From IMG/VR virus record IMGVR_UViG_3300030387_000070: a DNA stretch of 64,000 bases. The stretch is one strand, 5' to 3'. The DNA comes from a virus. Numbering within the stretch: position 1 is the first letter of the stretch; each line of letters opens with the position of its first letter. Position numbers and translations under genes: made by a program. Under the pieces are notes generated by a model. It did not search any database. It saw only the letters and a list, made by a program, of their open reading frames with translations, and was not told where the DNA came from. Below, piece by piece: positions 52,169-61,149 of this stretch.

Positions 52169-52496
52169 ACTTCTGGTTGATGAAAACGGAGACGAAGATA
52201 TCAACCCTATTAAAAGTGAGATCGAGAGCGCTCTTCAACGCTGTTACCACGATATGAAGTTGGTTTCATACGAAGAAGAGAAGCTCGATGTACGATGGTT
52301 TTGTGCAAAAGACGTAACTCCTCCTGTCCCAGAGTATGGTATGTGTTCTGAAGATGTCATCGTAAAATACAAGGATGGCACAGAAAGCGTTGCGTGCATC
52401 ACATTTAATGGAGTGTGGTACGATACTGATTACAATGAAGTTGCAGATGCAATAGTGTATTGGCGATACATGACGGATGACGAAAAGCCAGATTAA
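52149..52496 (+). CDS. DUF551-like protein
   Basis: Trimmed to ATG 52149, behind GGAGGA. ..AKDVTPPVPEYGMCSEDVIVKY...VYWRYMTDD. Confidence 0.45.
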   Translation: MKKVTLELLVDENGDEDINPIKSEIESALQRCYHDMKLVSYEEEKLDVRWFCAKDVTPPVPEYGMCSEDVIVKYKDGTESVACITFNGVWYDTDYNEVADAIVYWRYMTDDEKPD

Positions 52497-52531
52497 CAAA
52501 TAAAATTCCGCTTTTAACAGAAAGGAAAGGC

Positions 52532-52840
52532 ATGTTTAAGACTTTTAAAAATACTGCTGTATGCGTCCTTCTGGCAGCGATTATGCTGACTGGATGCAGT
52601 GCAAGTGTGAAAGACTCAGTAGGAAATGTAGCTGTAGAGAATGGCTGGTTCTATCGTATCAGTGATACTCCTATGGTATACGACAAAGATACACACATTA
52701 TGTATTACTTATTCTCTAAATGTACAGGCAATCAAGGCTACGGTTATATGTCTCCTTATTATAATGAGCACGGTCAGATGTGCTACTACGTTGATGGTCA
52801 GGTTATTCCAATCGAGGAGGTGCTAATCGATGCTGACTGA
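52532..52840 (+). CDS. putative lipoprotein
   Basis: Signal peptide with a lipobox (VLLAAIMLTGCSAS). Confidence 0.55.
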   Translation: MFKTFKNTAVCVLLAAIMLTGCSASVKDSVGNVAVENGWFYRISDTPMVYDKDTHIMYYLFSKCTGNQGYGYMSPYYNEHGQMCYYVDGQVIPIEEVLIDAD

Positions 52841-53036
52841 GATTGTTTGGATGCTTGTTAAATCGTATATCGTTTTGATTCTTACAGCCGCAATTATCCG
52901 CTCTGAAGAAATTCTATACGATTTCTTACGTAATACTGTAATGTATGACATCAAACTTAAATATGTAAAGTGGACTGTCGTTGCACTGAATATTCTTATT
53001 ATCGTATGTGTGAGTCTATGGACAAAGGTGATTTAA
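52830..53036 (+). CDS. small membrane protein
   Basis: Track ORF with two hydrophobic helices. Confidence 0.45.
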   Translation: MLTEIVWMLVKSYIVLILTAAIIRSEEILYDFLRNTVMYDIKLKYVKWTVVALNILIIVCVSLWTKVI

Positions 53037-53037
53037 A

Positions 53038-53475
53038 ATGGATACTAGCTTTAATTTAAAGCACGTTCCCGGAAGCTTTGCATGGATTATTGAGCGAGAG
53101 AATGCCGACAAAAACTGTAATAAATGTGATACCAACGGAAATGTGAATATAACATTCTTTGACGGTACTCAGAAAAAGTGGCGTTGCCCAATTTGCCTTG
53201 GATACAAAAAGGTTGTAAAAGACGTATATCGAATCAAAAAATGTAAAATCAAGAGAGTAAACATCGGAGCAAGGATTAACGAAGATGGCAATTTAACGGT
53301 AGAAGAAGAATCTATTCAACTAGAAGGAACTAACATAAGGGACAATATCGATCCTGATTTTGAGTATTACATTCGTAATATTTATGACACAGAAAGTGAT
53401 GCGAAAATTGCGGCAAACGAAATCAATAAAGCACGAGGGAACACTGATGAATTATATGAAGATTGTCCCATGTGA
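53038..53475 (+). CDS. hypothetical protein with zinc ribbon
   Basis: Track ORF with CNKC...CPIC pairs. Confidence 0.5.
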   Translation: MDTSFNLKHVPGSFAWIIERENADKNCNKCDTNGNVNITFFDGTQKKWRCPICLGYKKVVKDVYRIKKCKIKRVNIGARINEDGNLTVEEESIQLEGTNIRDNIDPDFEYYIRNIYDTESDAKIAANEINKARGNTDELYEDCPM

Positions 53476-54001
53476 TATAGCGAATGGTCCGGGCGTAAGA
53501 GTCACGTTATTCTGTGCTGGTTGCAATCACCATTGCCCCGGTTGCCAGAATCCTACTACATGGGACCCGAATGGTGGTCAGCCATTCACAGATGAAACGC
53601 TTGATAAAATTGTAGATTTACTTCGACCTGATTATATTCAGGGGCTTACGCTTACTGGTGGAGACCCACTGTATCCAGAGAACAGGGAGATGATTTGCAA
53701 AATTCTAATAAGAGTCAGACACGAGTTTGAAGGAAGCAAAGACATTTGGATGTGGACTGGATATACATGGGAAGAATTGATTCAACAGGCGGCAGAAGAA
53801 TTGAAATATCAAACTATTCCGACAACGGTAACAATTATTCGAAACATAAACGTGCTAGTCGATGGTCCATATATCGAATCTAAACGAGATATCTCTTTGC
53901 CGTACATGGGGAGTTCCAATCAACGTGTAATCGGCTGTAATAAGAGTTTTGCTTTACGAAGACCAGTCCTTTGGTGGACTCCAGAAGAGAAAGGAAAATA
54001 A
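53447..54001 (+). CDS. nrdG: anaerobic ribonucleotide reductase activating protein (radical SAM)
   Basis: Trimmed to ATG 53447. DIANGPGVRVTLFCAGCNHHCPGCQNPTTW carries the CxxxCxxC cluster motif. Confidence 0.85.
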   Translation: MNYMKIVPCDIANGPGVRVTLFCAGCNHHCPGCQNPTTWDPNGGQPFTDETLDKIVDLLRPDYIQGLTLTGGDPLYPENREMICKILIRVRHEFEGSKDIWMWTGYTWEELIQQAAEELKYQTIPTTVTIIRNINVLVDGPYIESKRDISLPYMGSSNQRVIGCNKSFALRRPVLWWTPEEKGK

Positions 54002-54002
54002 T

Positions 54003-54551
54003 ATGGATTTAGGAAACGTAACTAAGTATTTTTATGGGCATCACGGAACTGTAGAGGCTTGTTCCAGTGTTTATCGTCCAAACATCAAAATCAATAAACT
54101 GCACGAAGATGCTTATCTGCCGACTTATGGTTCTAAAAATGCTGCTTGCGCAGACCTTTATGCCTATATCGGTTTTGATGACGCAACGATGGTAAACAAG
54201 AATGGCGATCGCTGCATTATGATTCAGCCGGGTGAGACAGTTAAGGTACATACCGGTTTGCGGATGGCTCCGCCTGAAGGTTGGTATGTCGCTATTTATG
54301 CTCGCAGCGGTTTAGCAACAAAGCAGGGTTTGGCTCCTGCGAATAAAACAGGGATTTGTGATCAGGATTACCGTGGAGAATATATTGTGGCACTACATAA
54401 TCATTCTAATATCCCTCAAATGATTACTCATGGCGACCGTATTGCTCAGATGGCAGTTGTTCCGTTCTGGCAGGCTGATTTTGAAGAAGTTTCCAAATTG
54501 GACGAAACTGAGCGTGGAGCGGGCGGGTTTGGATCTACTGGAAAACAGTAA
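54003..54551 (+). CDS. dut: dUTP diphosphatase
   Basis: Trimmed to ATG 54003. ACADLYA, ARSGLATKQGL, GICDQDYRGE, GDRIAQM and RGAGGFGSTG. Confidence 0.85.
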   Translation: MDLGNVTKYFYGHHGTVEACSSVYRPNIKINKLHEDAYLPTYGSKNAACADLYAYIGFDDATMVNKNGDRCIMIQPGETVKVHTGLRMAPPEGWYVAIYARSGLATKQGLAPANKTGICDQDYRGEYIVALHNHSNIPQMITHGDRIAQMAVVPFWQADFEEVSKLDETERGAGGFGSTGKQ

Positions 54552-55024
54552 TGGAGAGAATTATGGGAAAGACAATTGATACATCCGAGCTTTTATATCG
54601 GATGGGCAAGTATGCAGAAATCGATGTTGGAGAAGAAGAACATAACGCGTTTATGCATTTCATGCTTCTTTTGACTCGCACAATTGAGAAGATGCCGAAT
54701 GCTGCATTGACTCATAAAAATCCGATTGATGATGAGATTATGGAAAATCAGTACAAGTTGGTGAACGCAATCTCACTTGTGACTGGTCGCACTAGAAACG
54801 ACGGCTGGTATCTTACTTGGATTGGCATGACCATGAAGATTGTACGGTTGAAGAGTGGAGAATCAGCTGGTTTCCGGTACATCAAAGATAATGAGGGGCA
54901 TGATTATCCGGGCGCAATGCACACATCTTGTGTTGTTGATTATTACATCTCAAGTGACAAGAAAAATATTATTGTCCAGACTGAGAACACTATTTATAAA
55001 TTTGAAAAAATTGAGGAGGACTAA
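54551..55024 (+). CDS. hypothetical protein
   Basis: Track ORF with a TAATG overlap onto dut. Confidence 0.5.
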   Translation: MERIMGKTIDTSELLYRMGKYAEIDVGEEEHNAFMHFMLLLTRTIEKMPNAALTHKNPIDDEIMENQYKLVNAISLVTGRTRNDGWYLTWIGMTMKIVRLKSGESAGFRYIKDNEGHDYPGAMHTSCVVDYYISSDKKNIIVQTENTIYKFEKIEED

Positions 55025-55027
55025 ATT

Positions 55028-55333
55028 ATGGCTAAGTATTTTTATGTTTACAATATCGCCGGTGTCGAGGATTCTATTGTAAAGATGTTCAACACTGATA
55101 CTGGCGTAATGGGTGAGAAAAGCGTCAAGAAGGATCGTATGGATGGGTTTATTGATGGTATCAAGACGAGTGGCTTTGTTTTGAACAAAGAGCTGGCAGA
55201 AGCTGACGTTGCAGAGGCCGAAGCAAAGCGTGTTCTGGCAGAGAAAATGACAGCTTATCAGGCAGCTCGCGATGACTATCACAACAAGAGTGAGACTCTG
55301 AAGAAGGTCAAGGCCAAGTACGGTATTAAATAA
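55028..55333 (+). CDS. hypothetical protein
   Basis: Track ORF with GAGGAGGA upstream. Confidence 0.5.
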   Translation: MAKYFYVYNIAGVEDSIVKMFNTDTGVMGEKSVKKDRMDGFIDGIKTSGFVLNKELAEADVAEAEAKRVLAEKMTAYQAARDDYHNKSETLKKVKAKYGIK

Positions 55334-55345
55334 GGAGAACACATA

Positions 55346-55657
55346 ATGAAGTATTATACGGTTGAATCTCATGCTGAGAAAGAAGCTCCATTTGGAATTG
55401 CATGGCAAGTAAAGCTGTTTGACGAGCATACTCTTTTGGAGGAATACGACCATATCTTTTATAACGAGATTGCTGGCTACTGCAAGTGTCTTGAAGATAT
55501 AGGATTCGTGGATGAGCGATGGACTTTTAAAAGGCCACAGGACGAAGACATCCATGACTTTGTTAAAATGTGCATAAAGAAAAAGGAGAATGCACTTCAG
55601 ACGGAGTGGTATGAAATGACCGGTAACTGGCCGAATGGCGCAGTGACTCTCGATTAA
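55346..55657 (+). CDS. hypothetical protein
   Basis: Track ORF with AAGGAGAA upstream. ..GYCKCLEDIGF resembles ORF 59783 (GYCQCLNDLGY). Confidence 0.5.
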   Translation: MKYYTVESHAEKEAPFGIAWQVKLFDEHTLLEEYDHIFYNEIAGYCKCLEDIGFVDERWTFKRPQDEDIHDFVKMCIKKKENALQTEWYEMTGNWPNGAVTLD

Positions 55658-55686
55658 AAGGTAAATTTTACGGAGGAAGTGATTCT

Positions 55687-56019
55687 ATGGCATACGCAGG
55701 CAAAAATGGATACGATAAAGACACGGATATTTTATTTCCGATAGCTACTAATATTATTGGATGGGTAGGTAAAACAGATAGAGAAGAGATTCTTGATCTC
55801 AGTTTTGAACGAATTTCCCTTTATCAAGTAGGGAAGATCCTTGAAAAACTTGGCTATCAGAATATTGATATGAGCGAAAACGGATGGGAAATGGATTACT
55901 GGTGGGAGTACGAACTTGCCAATAACGCCAATGATATTCCAAACCTTCCTTGTCGAGTTCAAATTAAAGGAAGTTGCGCAGAGGGCACAATGATGCTTAA
56001 TGTTTTAGATAACGAATAA
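55687..56019 (+). CDS. hypothetical protein
   Basis: Track ORF with ACGGAGGAAG upstream. Confidence 0.5.
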   Translation: MAYAGKNGYDKDTDILFPIATNIIGWVGKTDREEILDLSFERISLYQVGKILEKLGYQNIDMSENGWEMDYWWEYELANNANDIPNLPCRVQIKGSCAEGTMMLNVLDNE

Positions 56020-56054
56020 CTCTAATAGTAGTGGTGGGTGGGAGGAATAAATGT

Positions 56055-56300
56055 ATGAAACGGAATATCACAATAAAACAGACTTGCAATTGTAATGGTG
56101 ATAACTGTACTCAAATTGGAATCATTCGCAACGATGAAGTATATGTCATGCAAACAAGTTCTCCGAAAAGAGAAGACCCAGCGGAATTTACGTGCAGTAT
56201 GCCTGAACAGAAACATTGTTTAAAAAATATCCTTTATAAGATTGTAGAAAAACTAAATAGTCTTATTGGATGGATTATAGATACGTTTAACGATATTTGA
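56055..56300 (+). CDS. hypothetical protein
   Basis: Track ORF 56031-56300 trimmed to ATG 56055, behind GGGAGGA. Confidence 0.45.
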   Translation: MKRNITIKQTCNCNGDNCTQIGIIRNDEVYVMQTSSPKREDPAEFTCSMPEQKHCLKNILYKIVEKLNSLIGWIIDTFNDI

Positions 56301-56313
56301 TCAAGGAGATTGT

Positions 56314-56532
56314 ATGAAAGCACATATTCGAGAAGAAAAGAAAACAACTCCATTAAAACTTGGTGAGGGAATATTACTTCAAGAGAAAGATGGAAAAATT
56401 TACAAGGTTTGCGATACAGTAGAATATGATGAGACGCATACCGACGATGAAGTTATAAAGGTTGCTTTATCTGAAGAAAATATGATTGTTGGATCGAACT
56501 TTTTTAATACATCGTTTGTGTTTACAGATTGA
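56314..56532 (+). CDS. hypothetical protein
   Basis: Track ORF with AAGGAGA upstream. Confidence 0.5.
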   Translation: MKAHIREEKKTTPLKLGEGILLQEKDGKIYKVCDTVEYDETHTDDEVIKVALSEENMIVGSNFFNTSFVFTD

Positions 56533-56541
56533 GGTGTAGAT

Positions 56542-56772
56542 ATGCACAAGACTGATAGTTTGAAAAATCCGGTAATCGTATTTCCATGTAAGAATTGCGG
56601 TTGCACAACTAAGATTCGAGTGGCTTCTTTTGAAAATCCTGATTTGGACATTCCTGAGAATAATGTGATTGCGTGCTATAGATGTAGAGCGGAAGTTGCT
56701 GGGTCTGAGTTTATTTCTTGGAAAGAAGCAACTAAAACTATTTTTACCGTGGAGGTGCCAGATGGCGATTAA
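56542..56772 (+). CDS. zinc-ribbon protein (tandem family, member 1)
   Basis: CKNCGC...CYRCRAEV. Ends ..FTVEVPDGD with the next gene's start embedded. Confidence 0.5.
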   Translation: MHKTDSLKNPVIVFPCKNCGCTTKIRVASFENPDLDIPENNVIACYRCRAEVAGSEFISWKEATKTIFTVEVPDGD

Positions 56773-56995
56773 GATTATTGAACACAAACATGAGCGAAAG
56801 AAAATAAGATATGCCGTTAAATTCCTTTGTAAATGTGGATGCGTATTTTGGGCTGATGACGAAGATACGAAAATTCCAAAAGAATTTGATTGGACTGAAT
56901 ACTCACCGGTTAAACAGGCGATTTGCCCAGAATGCAACACAGAAGTTTCATCTTGTTTATCTGCAGTTCCAAGAGAAAAGATTTTTGTGGATTGA
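56762..56995 (+). CDS. zinc-ribbon protein (tandem family, member 2)
   Basis: Trimmed to ATG 56762. MAIKIIEHKHERKKIRYAVKFLCKCGCVFWADDED...CPECN. Confidence 0.5.
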   Translation: MAIKIIEHKHERKKIRYAVKFLCKCGCVFWADDEDTKIPKEFDWTEYSPVKQAICPECNTEVSSCLSAVPREKIFVD

Positions 56996-57003
56996 GGTGC
57001 CAA

Positions 57004-57303
57004 ATGGCTATACGAATTGAAGTCCATGGTAAAGAAAGAGAAAAAACAAAATACTCAGTAGAGTTTAGATGTTCTAGCTGCGGTTGCGAGTTTTGGGTTG
57101 ATGCAGATTCTCTTGGAGAGTTCAAGCCAGCCAATTATTGTGATTTAAAGTATAACTGTCCTGAATGTGATTCTAGTTCTTATCCGGTTGATATTATGGA
57201 GAACAGCCGTATCTTTAATGAGCACAAATGGAAACCTGTATTTTGGCAGATTATCGAATCTCCATTTCATCGGTATTGTAGAATTTGCGATAAAGAAAAA
57301 TAA
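57004..57303 (+). CDS. zinc-ribbon protein (tandem family, member 3)
   Basis: Trimmed to ATG 57004. MAIRIEVHGKEREKTKYSVEFRCSSCGCEFWVDADS...CPECD parallels member 2. Confidence 0.5.
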   Translation: MAIRIEVHGKEREKTKYSVEFRCSSCGCEFWVDADSLGEFKPANYCDLKYNCPECDSSSYPVDIMENSRIFNEHKWKPVFWQIIESPFHRYCRICDKEK

Positions 57304-57358
57304 TATGCTAAAGCAAGCTTATTTTTAAGAATGTATGTTTTAAAGTGTGGTGAACGTA

Positions 57359-57757
57359 ATGGAAGTTTGGGAACTAAATCTTCTGCATGATGGGGATATA
57401 GAACAAATATGTATGTGCTCTGATGAACAACCACTATTTGAAATGGCAGTCGATAGGGCATTTAATTTATTTGCAAAAATAAATGAGTGGCCTCTCAAAC
57501 AAGAAAATTGTCATGCTTCCGTAAGTGTAAACGACAAGCTTCATTCTATTTTAGTGAAGATTAGCACACAAGACGATAATACAGTTGAACTTTGGGAGTA
57601 TAAATGGGAATGTATTTATAAAGAACCTCATGAAGACAAGTCTAGTGACACCTTACTTCAGGAAGTTGTTTCTCGTGTACGAAACATTCCAAAACTATTT
57701 TATGATTGGGCAGAGAATTTCTGCTGGAAAGCGAGAAAAAATGGCTATTTGCAGTAA
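57359..57757 (+). CDS. hypothetical protein (W-E-L..LHDGD N-terminus)
   Basis: Track ORF 57347-57757 trimmed to ATG 57359. MEVWELNLLHDGD echoes ORF 1196. Confidence 0.45.
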   Translation: MEVWELNLLHDGDIEQICMCSDEQPLFEMAVDRAFNLFAKINEWPLKQENCHASVSVNDKLHSILVKISTQDDNTVELWEYKWECIYKEPHEDKSSDTLLQEVVSRVRNIPKLFYDWAENFCWKARKNGYLQ

Positions 57758-58085
57758 ATGTCTACATAAAGAAGTATGCGCTTTTAGGAAGCAAACAAAA
57801 GATAGTTGCGCCGAATTTTGCGAAGACTTCCTCGGTTGGGTCAAGGTCATGGATGAGCGTCCGATTCCTTTAAAAGACAACATTATAATAAGCGATTATG
57901 GTAATTCATTTATCGGATATTACGATTACGATAAGCGAGATCGAGAGTACTTTTACGATGTAAACGCCCTCGAAAAAATTTATGAATGTCCATCTTACTG
58001 GCTGAAAGGACTTAATTTGCATGAGCAGGAAAAAATCGCTAACAGAGAATACAAGTGTAGGAAATCCAATATGGGACAAGTATGA
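57741..58085 (+). CDS. Cys-rich plus DUF551-like protein
   Basis: Trimmed to ATG 57741. CSKCLHKEVC..C..FC, then GWVKVMDERPIPLKD. Confidence 0.45.
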   Translation: MAICSKCLHKEVCAFRKQTKDSCAEFCEDFLGWVKVMDERPIPLKDNIIISDYGNSFIGYYDYDKRDREYFYDVNALEKIYECPSYWLKGLNLHEQEKIANREYKCRKSNMGQV

Positions 58086-58389
58086 GATTGTGGGAGTCTC
58101 TTTTGACACATCAAATAATCCAAACAAGAAGTTCTTCAAGCCGGTTTACATAATGCCGGATGGAGATGTCGTAGCTTGCGATGGGACTCACGATTTCAAT
58201 TATGATCCTAACAAAGAAATTCAAATTGTTCCAAAGGAATCTATCCCATTTTATGGCAAGCCAACAGAGCCTGCTGTTTATTGTGATGATGATGGCAACT
58301 GTGTGGATGTTGACGGTAATCCTCTCGGTATGAAATGGGACGACTCTATGGAGAAACAGTTCCGAACGGTAAAAACTAGACTTTTATGA
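58021..58389 (+). CDS. hypothetical protein (start uncertain)
   Basis: Track ORF. It overlaps the previous gene by about 65 nt, so the true start may be internal. Confidence 0.4.
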   Translation: MSRKKSLTENTSVGNPIWDKYEIVGVSFDTSNNPNKKFFKPVYIMPDGDVVACDGTHDFNYDPNKEIQIVPKESIPFYGKPTEPAVYCDDDGNCVDVDGNPLGMKWDDSMEKQFRTVKTRLL

Positions 58390-58399
58390 GGTAGATTGA

Positions 58400-58861
58400 A
58401 TGGACGATAGATTTTCAATCGAAAAGAATCACTGGGAAATACAAAATCCAGAATGGGAAAGCTATTCTCATTTCATCTGCACTAAAGACCATTATTGGAC
58501 TGGTGTACACGGTATCAGCAACTATTTTCTTCAATATAAGAATTTTGGCAGAAGTAAACCAGTCGAACGATTTTCTGTAGAATGGCCGAACTTCGTAGAG
58601 CACATGTGGTTTATCCATTGGCGTGGCCCATGGGATTATATTTTTGCTTCATATAAATTATCCGAAATCAAACGATTTTTAGAACTTGATATTGATGCTA
58701 TTAAAAAGAACCATTGGCCGGATGGCCGCTGCACTTGCTACAGTGTTTATGACTACGTGACGAAAAAATGGTACTATTTTAAAATCGAAAATTTGGGAAC
58801 ATTTTATGGATGCGCGTGGCCGTTGGGTGATGATACAGGGGAGGTGATTAAATGTGACTAA
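58400..58861 (+). CDS. hypothetical protein
   Basis: Track ORF with GAGGTAG upstream. Confidence 0.5.
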   Translation: MDDRFSIEKNHWEIQNPEWESYSHFICTKDHYWTGVHGISNYFLQYKNFGRSKPVERFSVEWPNFVEHMWFIHWRGPWDYIFASYKLSEIKRFLELDIDAIKKNHWPDGRCTCYSVYDYVTKKWYYFKIENLGTFYGCAWPLGDDTGEVIKCD

Positions 58862-59345
58862 ACAAATAGGCTATTATAAATCCGACTGGTATATTATGGG
58901 CATCGACGGTAAATACAACAACGCCTGTATCTCACATACAGAATCGCAGCTTCGATATACAGTTCCAAGGTCGCCAGAATGGACCATCAATGGATTGGGT
59001 TTTGCTTACATTAGAGAACATGGATTTGAAGATTATCCTGAACTCTATGGTATTGTATTCTATGATATGGAGTGGTGGCGACGAAAACGCTATCAGGGTG
59101 ACTTTTATGTAGAGATACCAATTTGCGATTTATGTGCAGATACCTTTCATTTAAAATGGCGTTATAAGGAATTTCGTGTACATCAGTGGTCCAACTTGAG
59201 AAAAGAAACAAAGTGGGTGAAAGGCAGAAGCAACTACACTATTTGTGAGCTCGCCCATAAATTACCACATGAAGAGTTTATTGAGTATTTGAAAGACAAC
59301 GGCATCTATATTGTAAACGAAAGTGGTGTTGAACTTGGATGGTAA
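58854..59345 (+). CDS. hypothetical protein
   Basis: Track ORF with a GTG start behind GGGGAGGTGA. Confidence 0.5.
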   Translation: MTKQIGYYKSDWYIMGIDGKYNNACISHTESQLRYTVPRSPEWTINGLGFAYIREHGFEDYPELYGIVFYDMEWWRRKRYQGDFYVEIPICDLCADTFHLKWRYKEFRVHQWSNLRKETKWVKGRSNYTICELAHKLPHEEFIEYLKDNGIYIVNESGVELGW

Positions 59346-59742
59346 AGATGTAAAGCTTTCTCTTGGTGAGAAAATCTTGTTATCAATCATTGTTATATTC
59401 GCAATTCTCTTCATTGGATATTTTGTATGGGTGATTGGCGACGGTATCTATCGTCATTATAATCCGATTGAGTGGACTGCCACTATTGAAGAACTGGAAT
59501 CTGGCATCTACGGATATACATCTACTATGGTATCTAATGTCCCAGCAGAAAATTATGAGATGCTTACGGTTCTTTGTAATGGCACTTATATGAATATCAA
59601 AGGACATGTAAAAATTGTATATGATAGCAACGCTCCATATATCGAATATAAGTCAACCAATACTGTTAATACTGACTCTGTAATAATTCATGTTCAAAAA
59701 GGACAGATTAAAAATAATGGAGTTAGTACAGTAACGAGGTGA
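59323..59742 (+). CDS. membrane-anchored protein
   Basis: Track ORF with an N-terminal TM helix (ILLSIIVIFAILFIGYFVWVI). Confidence 0.45.
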   Translation: MVLNLDGKDVKLSLGEKILLSIIVIFAILFIGYFVWVIGDGIYRHYNPIEWTATIEELESGIYGYTSTMVSNVPAENYEMLTVLCNGTYMNIKGHVKIVYDSNAPYIEYKSTNTVNTDSVIIHVQKGQIKNNGVSTVTR

Positions 59743-59782
59743 TTCTTATGGAAGAATTAGGGTTTTATAAAGGAGGGCGCTA

Positions 59783-59953
59783 ATGAAGGATTTTAACTTT
59801 TATAGAGCAAAGTATATTCGTGATGGGAAATGGCGAATTGAGTTTTTCGATAAAGACGAAAAGTATGTTGGTTCTATTTATAAAGTAGGGTCGGACGGCG
59901 TCCGTGGGTATTGCCAGTGTTTAAATGATCTTGGCTACAAAGCAATTTTATAA
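59783..59953 (+). CDS. hypothetical protein (56 aa)
   Basis: Hand-found ORF (MKDFNFYRAKYIRDGKWRIEFFDKDEKYVG..) with AAAGGAGGG upstream. Confidence 0.4.
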   Translation: MKDFNFYRAKYIRDGKWRIEFFDKDEKYVGSIYKVGSDGVRGYCQCLNDLGYKAIL

Positions 59954-59982
59954 AACTTGGATTCTTATAAAGGAGGTTCACA

Positions 59983-60810
59983 ATGATTATTGATTGCAAA
60001 TCTATTGCACAAGATATCAAAGATAAAATCAAGAATATTATCGCAGAGGCCGATTACACTCCTGTTTTACATATTTATCAAGTAGGGGATAATCCTGCGT
60101 CTAATGCTTATATTAGAGGTAAATTGCGTGACTGTGAAGAGGTGGGGATCGAAGTAGAACTTATTAAACTGCCAGAAAATATTACTGAAGATGAATTGAA
60201 TAACAAGATCTTAGAAGATTATAATTGGGAATATGTGAACGGTATCATTGTTCAGCTTCCGTTGCCAAAACATATCAATCCTAAAAATATCTACATTCCA
60301 GACGCAGTTGATGTTGATGGATTTAATTCTACATCCAAATTTCAGCCTTGCACTCCGCTGGGCGTTATGAAGATTTTTGACTCCATCGGTTACGATCTGG
60401 ATGGCAAGAATGTGCTTGTGTGTGGTCAATCTGATATCGTAGGTCGTCCGTTGGTCAATATGCTGATTAAGCGGCACTGTAATGTAATCTCTGTGAATAG
60501 TACGGGTTCCGCCATGAAAGCCACTGCCATCGGATTTGGAATAGTCAATGTTATTATTTCCGCCGTTGGTAAGCGTGACTTTATTTCGACGTTTGATTTA
60601 TTTGATACGGATGTTTGCATCGACGTTGGTATCAACTATGACGAGAACGGAAAGCAGCACGGCGATTGTACTGATGCTGTTTATGATATGAAGGATGTCA
60701 AAGTAACACCTCGTATCGGCGGAGTTGGCCTTATGACTCGCGCTATGCTCTTATATAATGTATGTGTGGCGAAATACGGGGCAGAGAAGATGGAAGAGGT
60801 GATTGAATGA
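59983..60810 (+). CDS. folD: bifunctional methylenetetrahydrofolate dehydrogenase / methenyl-THF cyclohydrolase
   Basis: VGDNPASNAYIRGKLRDCEEVGI, GIIVQLPLPKHI, DVDGF, PCTPLGVMKIF, GQSDIVGRPL and TPRIGGVGLMTRAML. Confidence 0.85.
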   Translation: MIIDCKSIAQDIKDKIKNIIAEADYTPVLHIYQVGDNPASNAYIRGKLRDCEEVGIEVELIKLPENITEDELNNKILEDYNWEYVNGIIVQLPLPKHINPKNIYIPDAVDVDGFNSTSKFQPCTPLGVMKIFDSIGYDLDGKNVLVCGQSDIVGRPLVNMLIKRHCNVISVNSTGSAMKATAIGFGIVNVIISAVGKRDFISTFDLFDTDVCIDVGINYDENGKQHGDCTDAVYDMKDVKVTPRIGGVGLMTRAMLLYNVCVAKYGAEKMEEVIE

Positions 60811-61037
60811 AAGAACAGAAAATTCCGCTTGAACAGCAACTTATATATAACGTAGAAGAAGTAGCAACCCTCTTGAAAACTACACGCCCTGTGGTATACT
60901 CTTTAATAGAAAAGGGTTATCTTCCGAGCATTGTTCTTGGCAGACGGAAAGTGACGAGGAAGGCACTACTTACATTTCTTGATAAGAACGAGAACACTAA
61001 TTTTAGCCAAATCTTGAAATCAAAACAACTATCGTAA
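60807..61037 (+). CDS. excisionase-family HTH DNA-binding protein
   Basis: YNVEEVATLLKTTRPVVYSLIEKGYLPSIVLGRRKV..KALLTFL fits the HTH_17/Xis-type pattern. It is the last phage ORF before the junction. Confidence 0.6.
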   Translation: MKEQKIPLEQQLIYNVEEVATLLKTTRPVVYSLIEKGYLPSIVLGRRKVTRKALLTFLDKNENTNFSQILKSKQLS

Positions 61038-61049
61038 GCCATTTGGTCG

Positions 61050-61098
61050 TGCCCACAAAATTGCCCACATTTTATTTTCTGTGGGCAAACCGTGGGCA
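61050..61098. repeat. att-like cluster of four 7-8 bp recombinase-site-like repeats
   Basis: TGCCCACA at 61050-61057 and 61062-61069. The inverted copies TGTGGGCA at 61080-61087 and GTGGGCA at 61092-61098. Confidence 0.6.
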
Positions 61099-61149
61099 AA
61101 TCGACAATTTGTTTCCAAAGAATGACGTACACACGTCAAAACTTTATAG

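Noticed and set aside
1-61040. Alternative genetic code (TAG or TGA reassignment), as in some gut phages, to explain the in-frame stops in the methyltransferase.
   Set aside because: Long genes (dnaE, nrdD, Pnkp-ligase, the helicases) are uninterrupted in the standard code. None of the hand-folded tRNAs has a CUA or UCA anticodon. The methyltransferase and PAPS-reductase breaks require frame changes, not just stop read-through.
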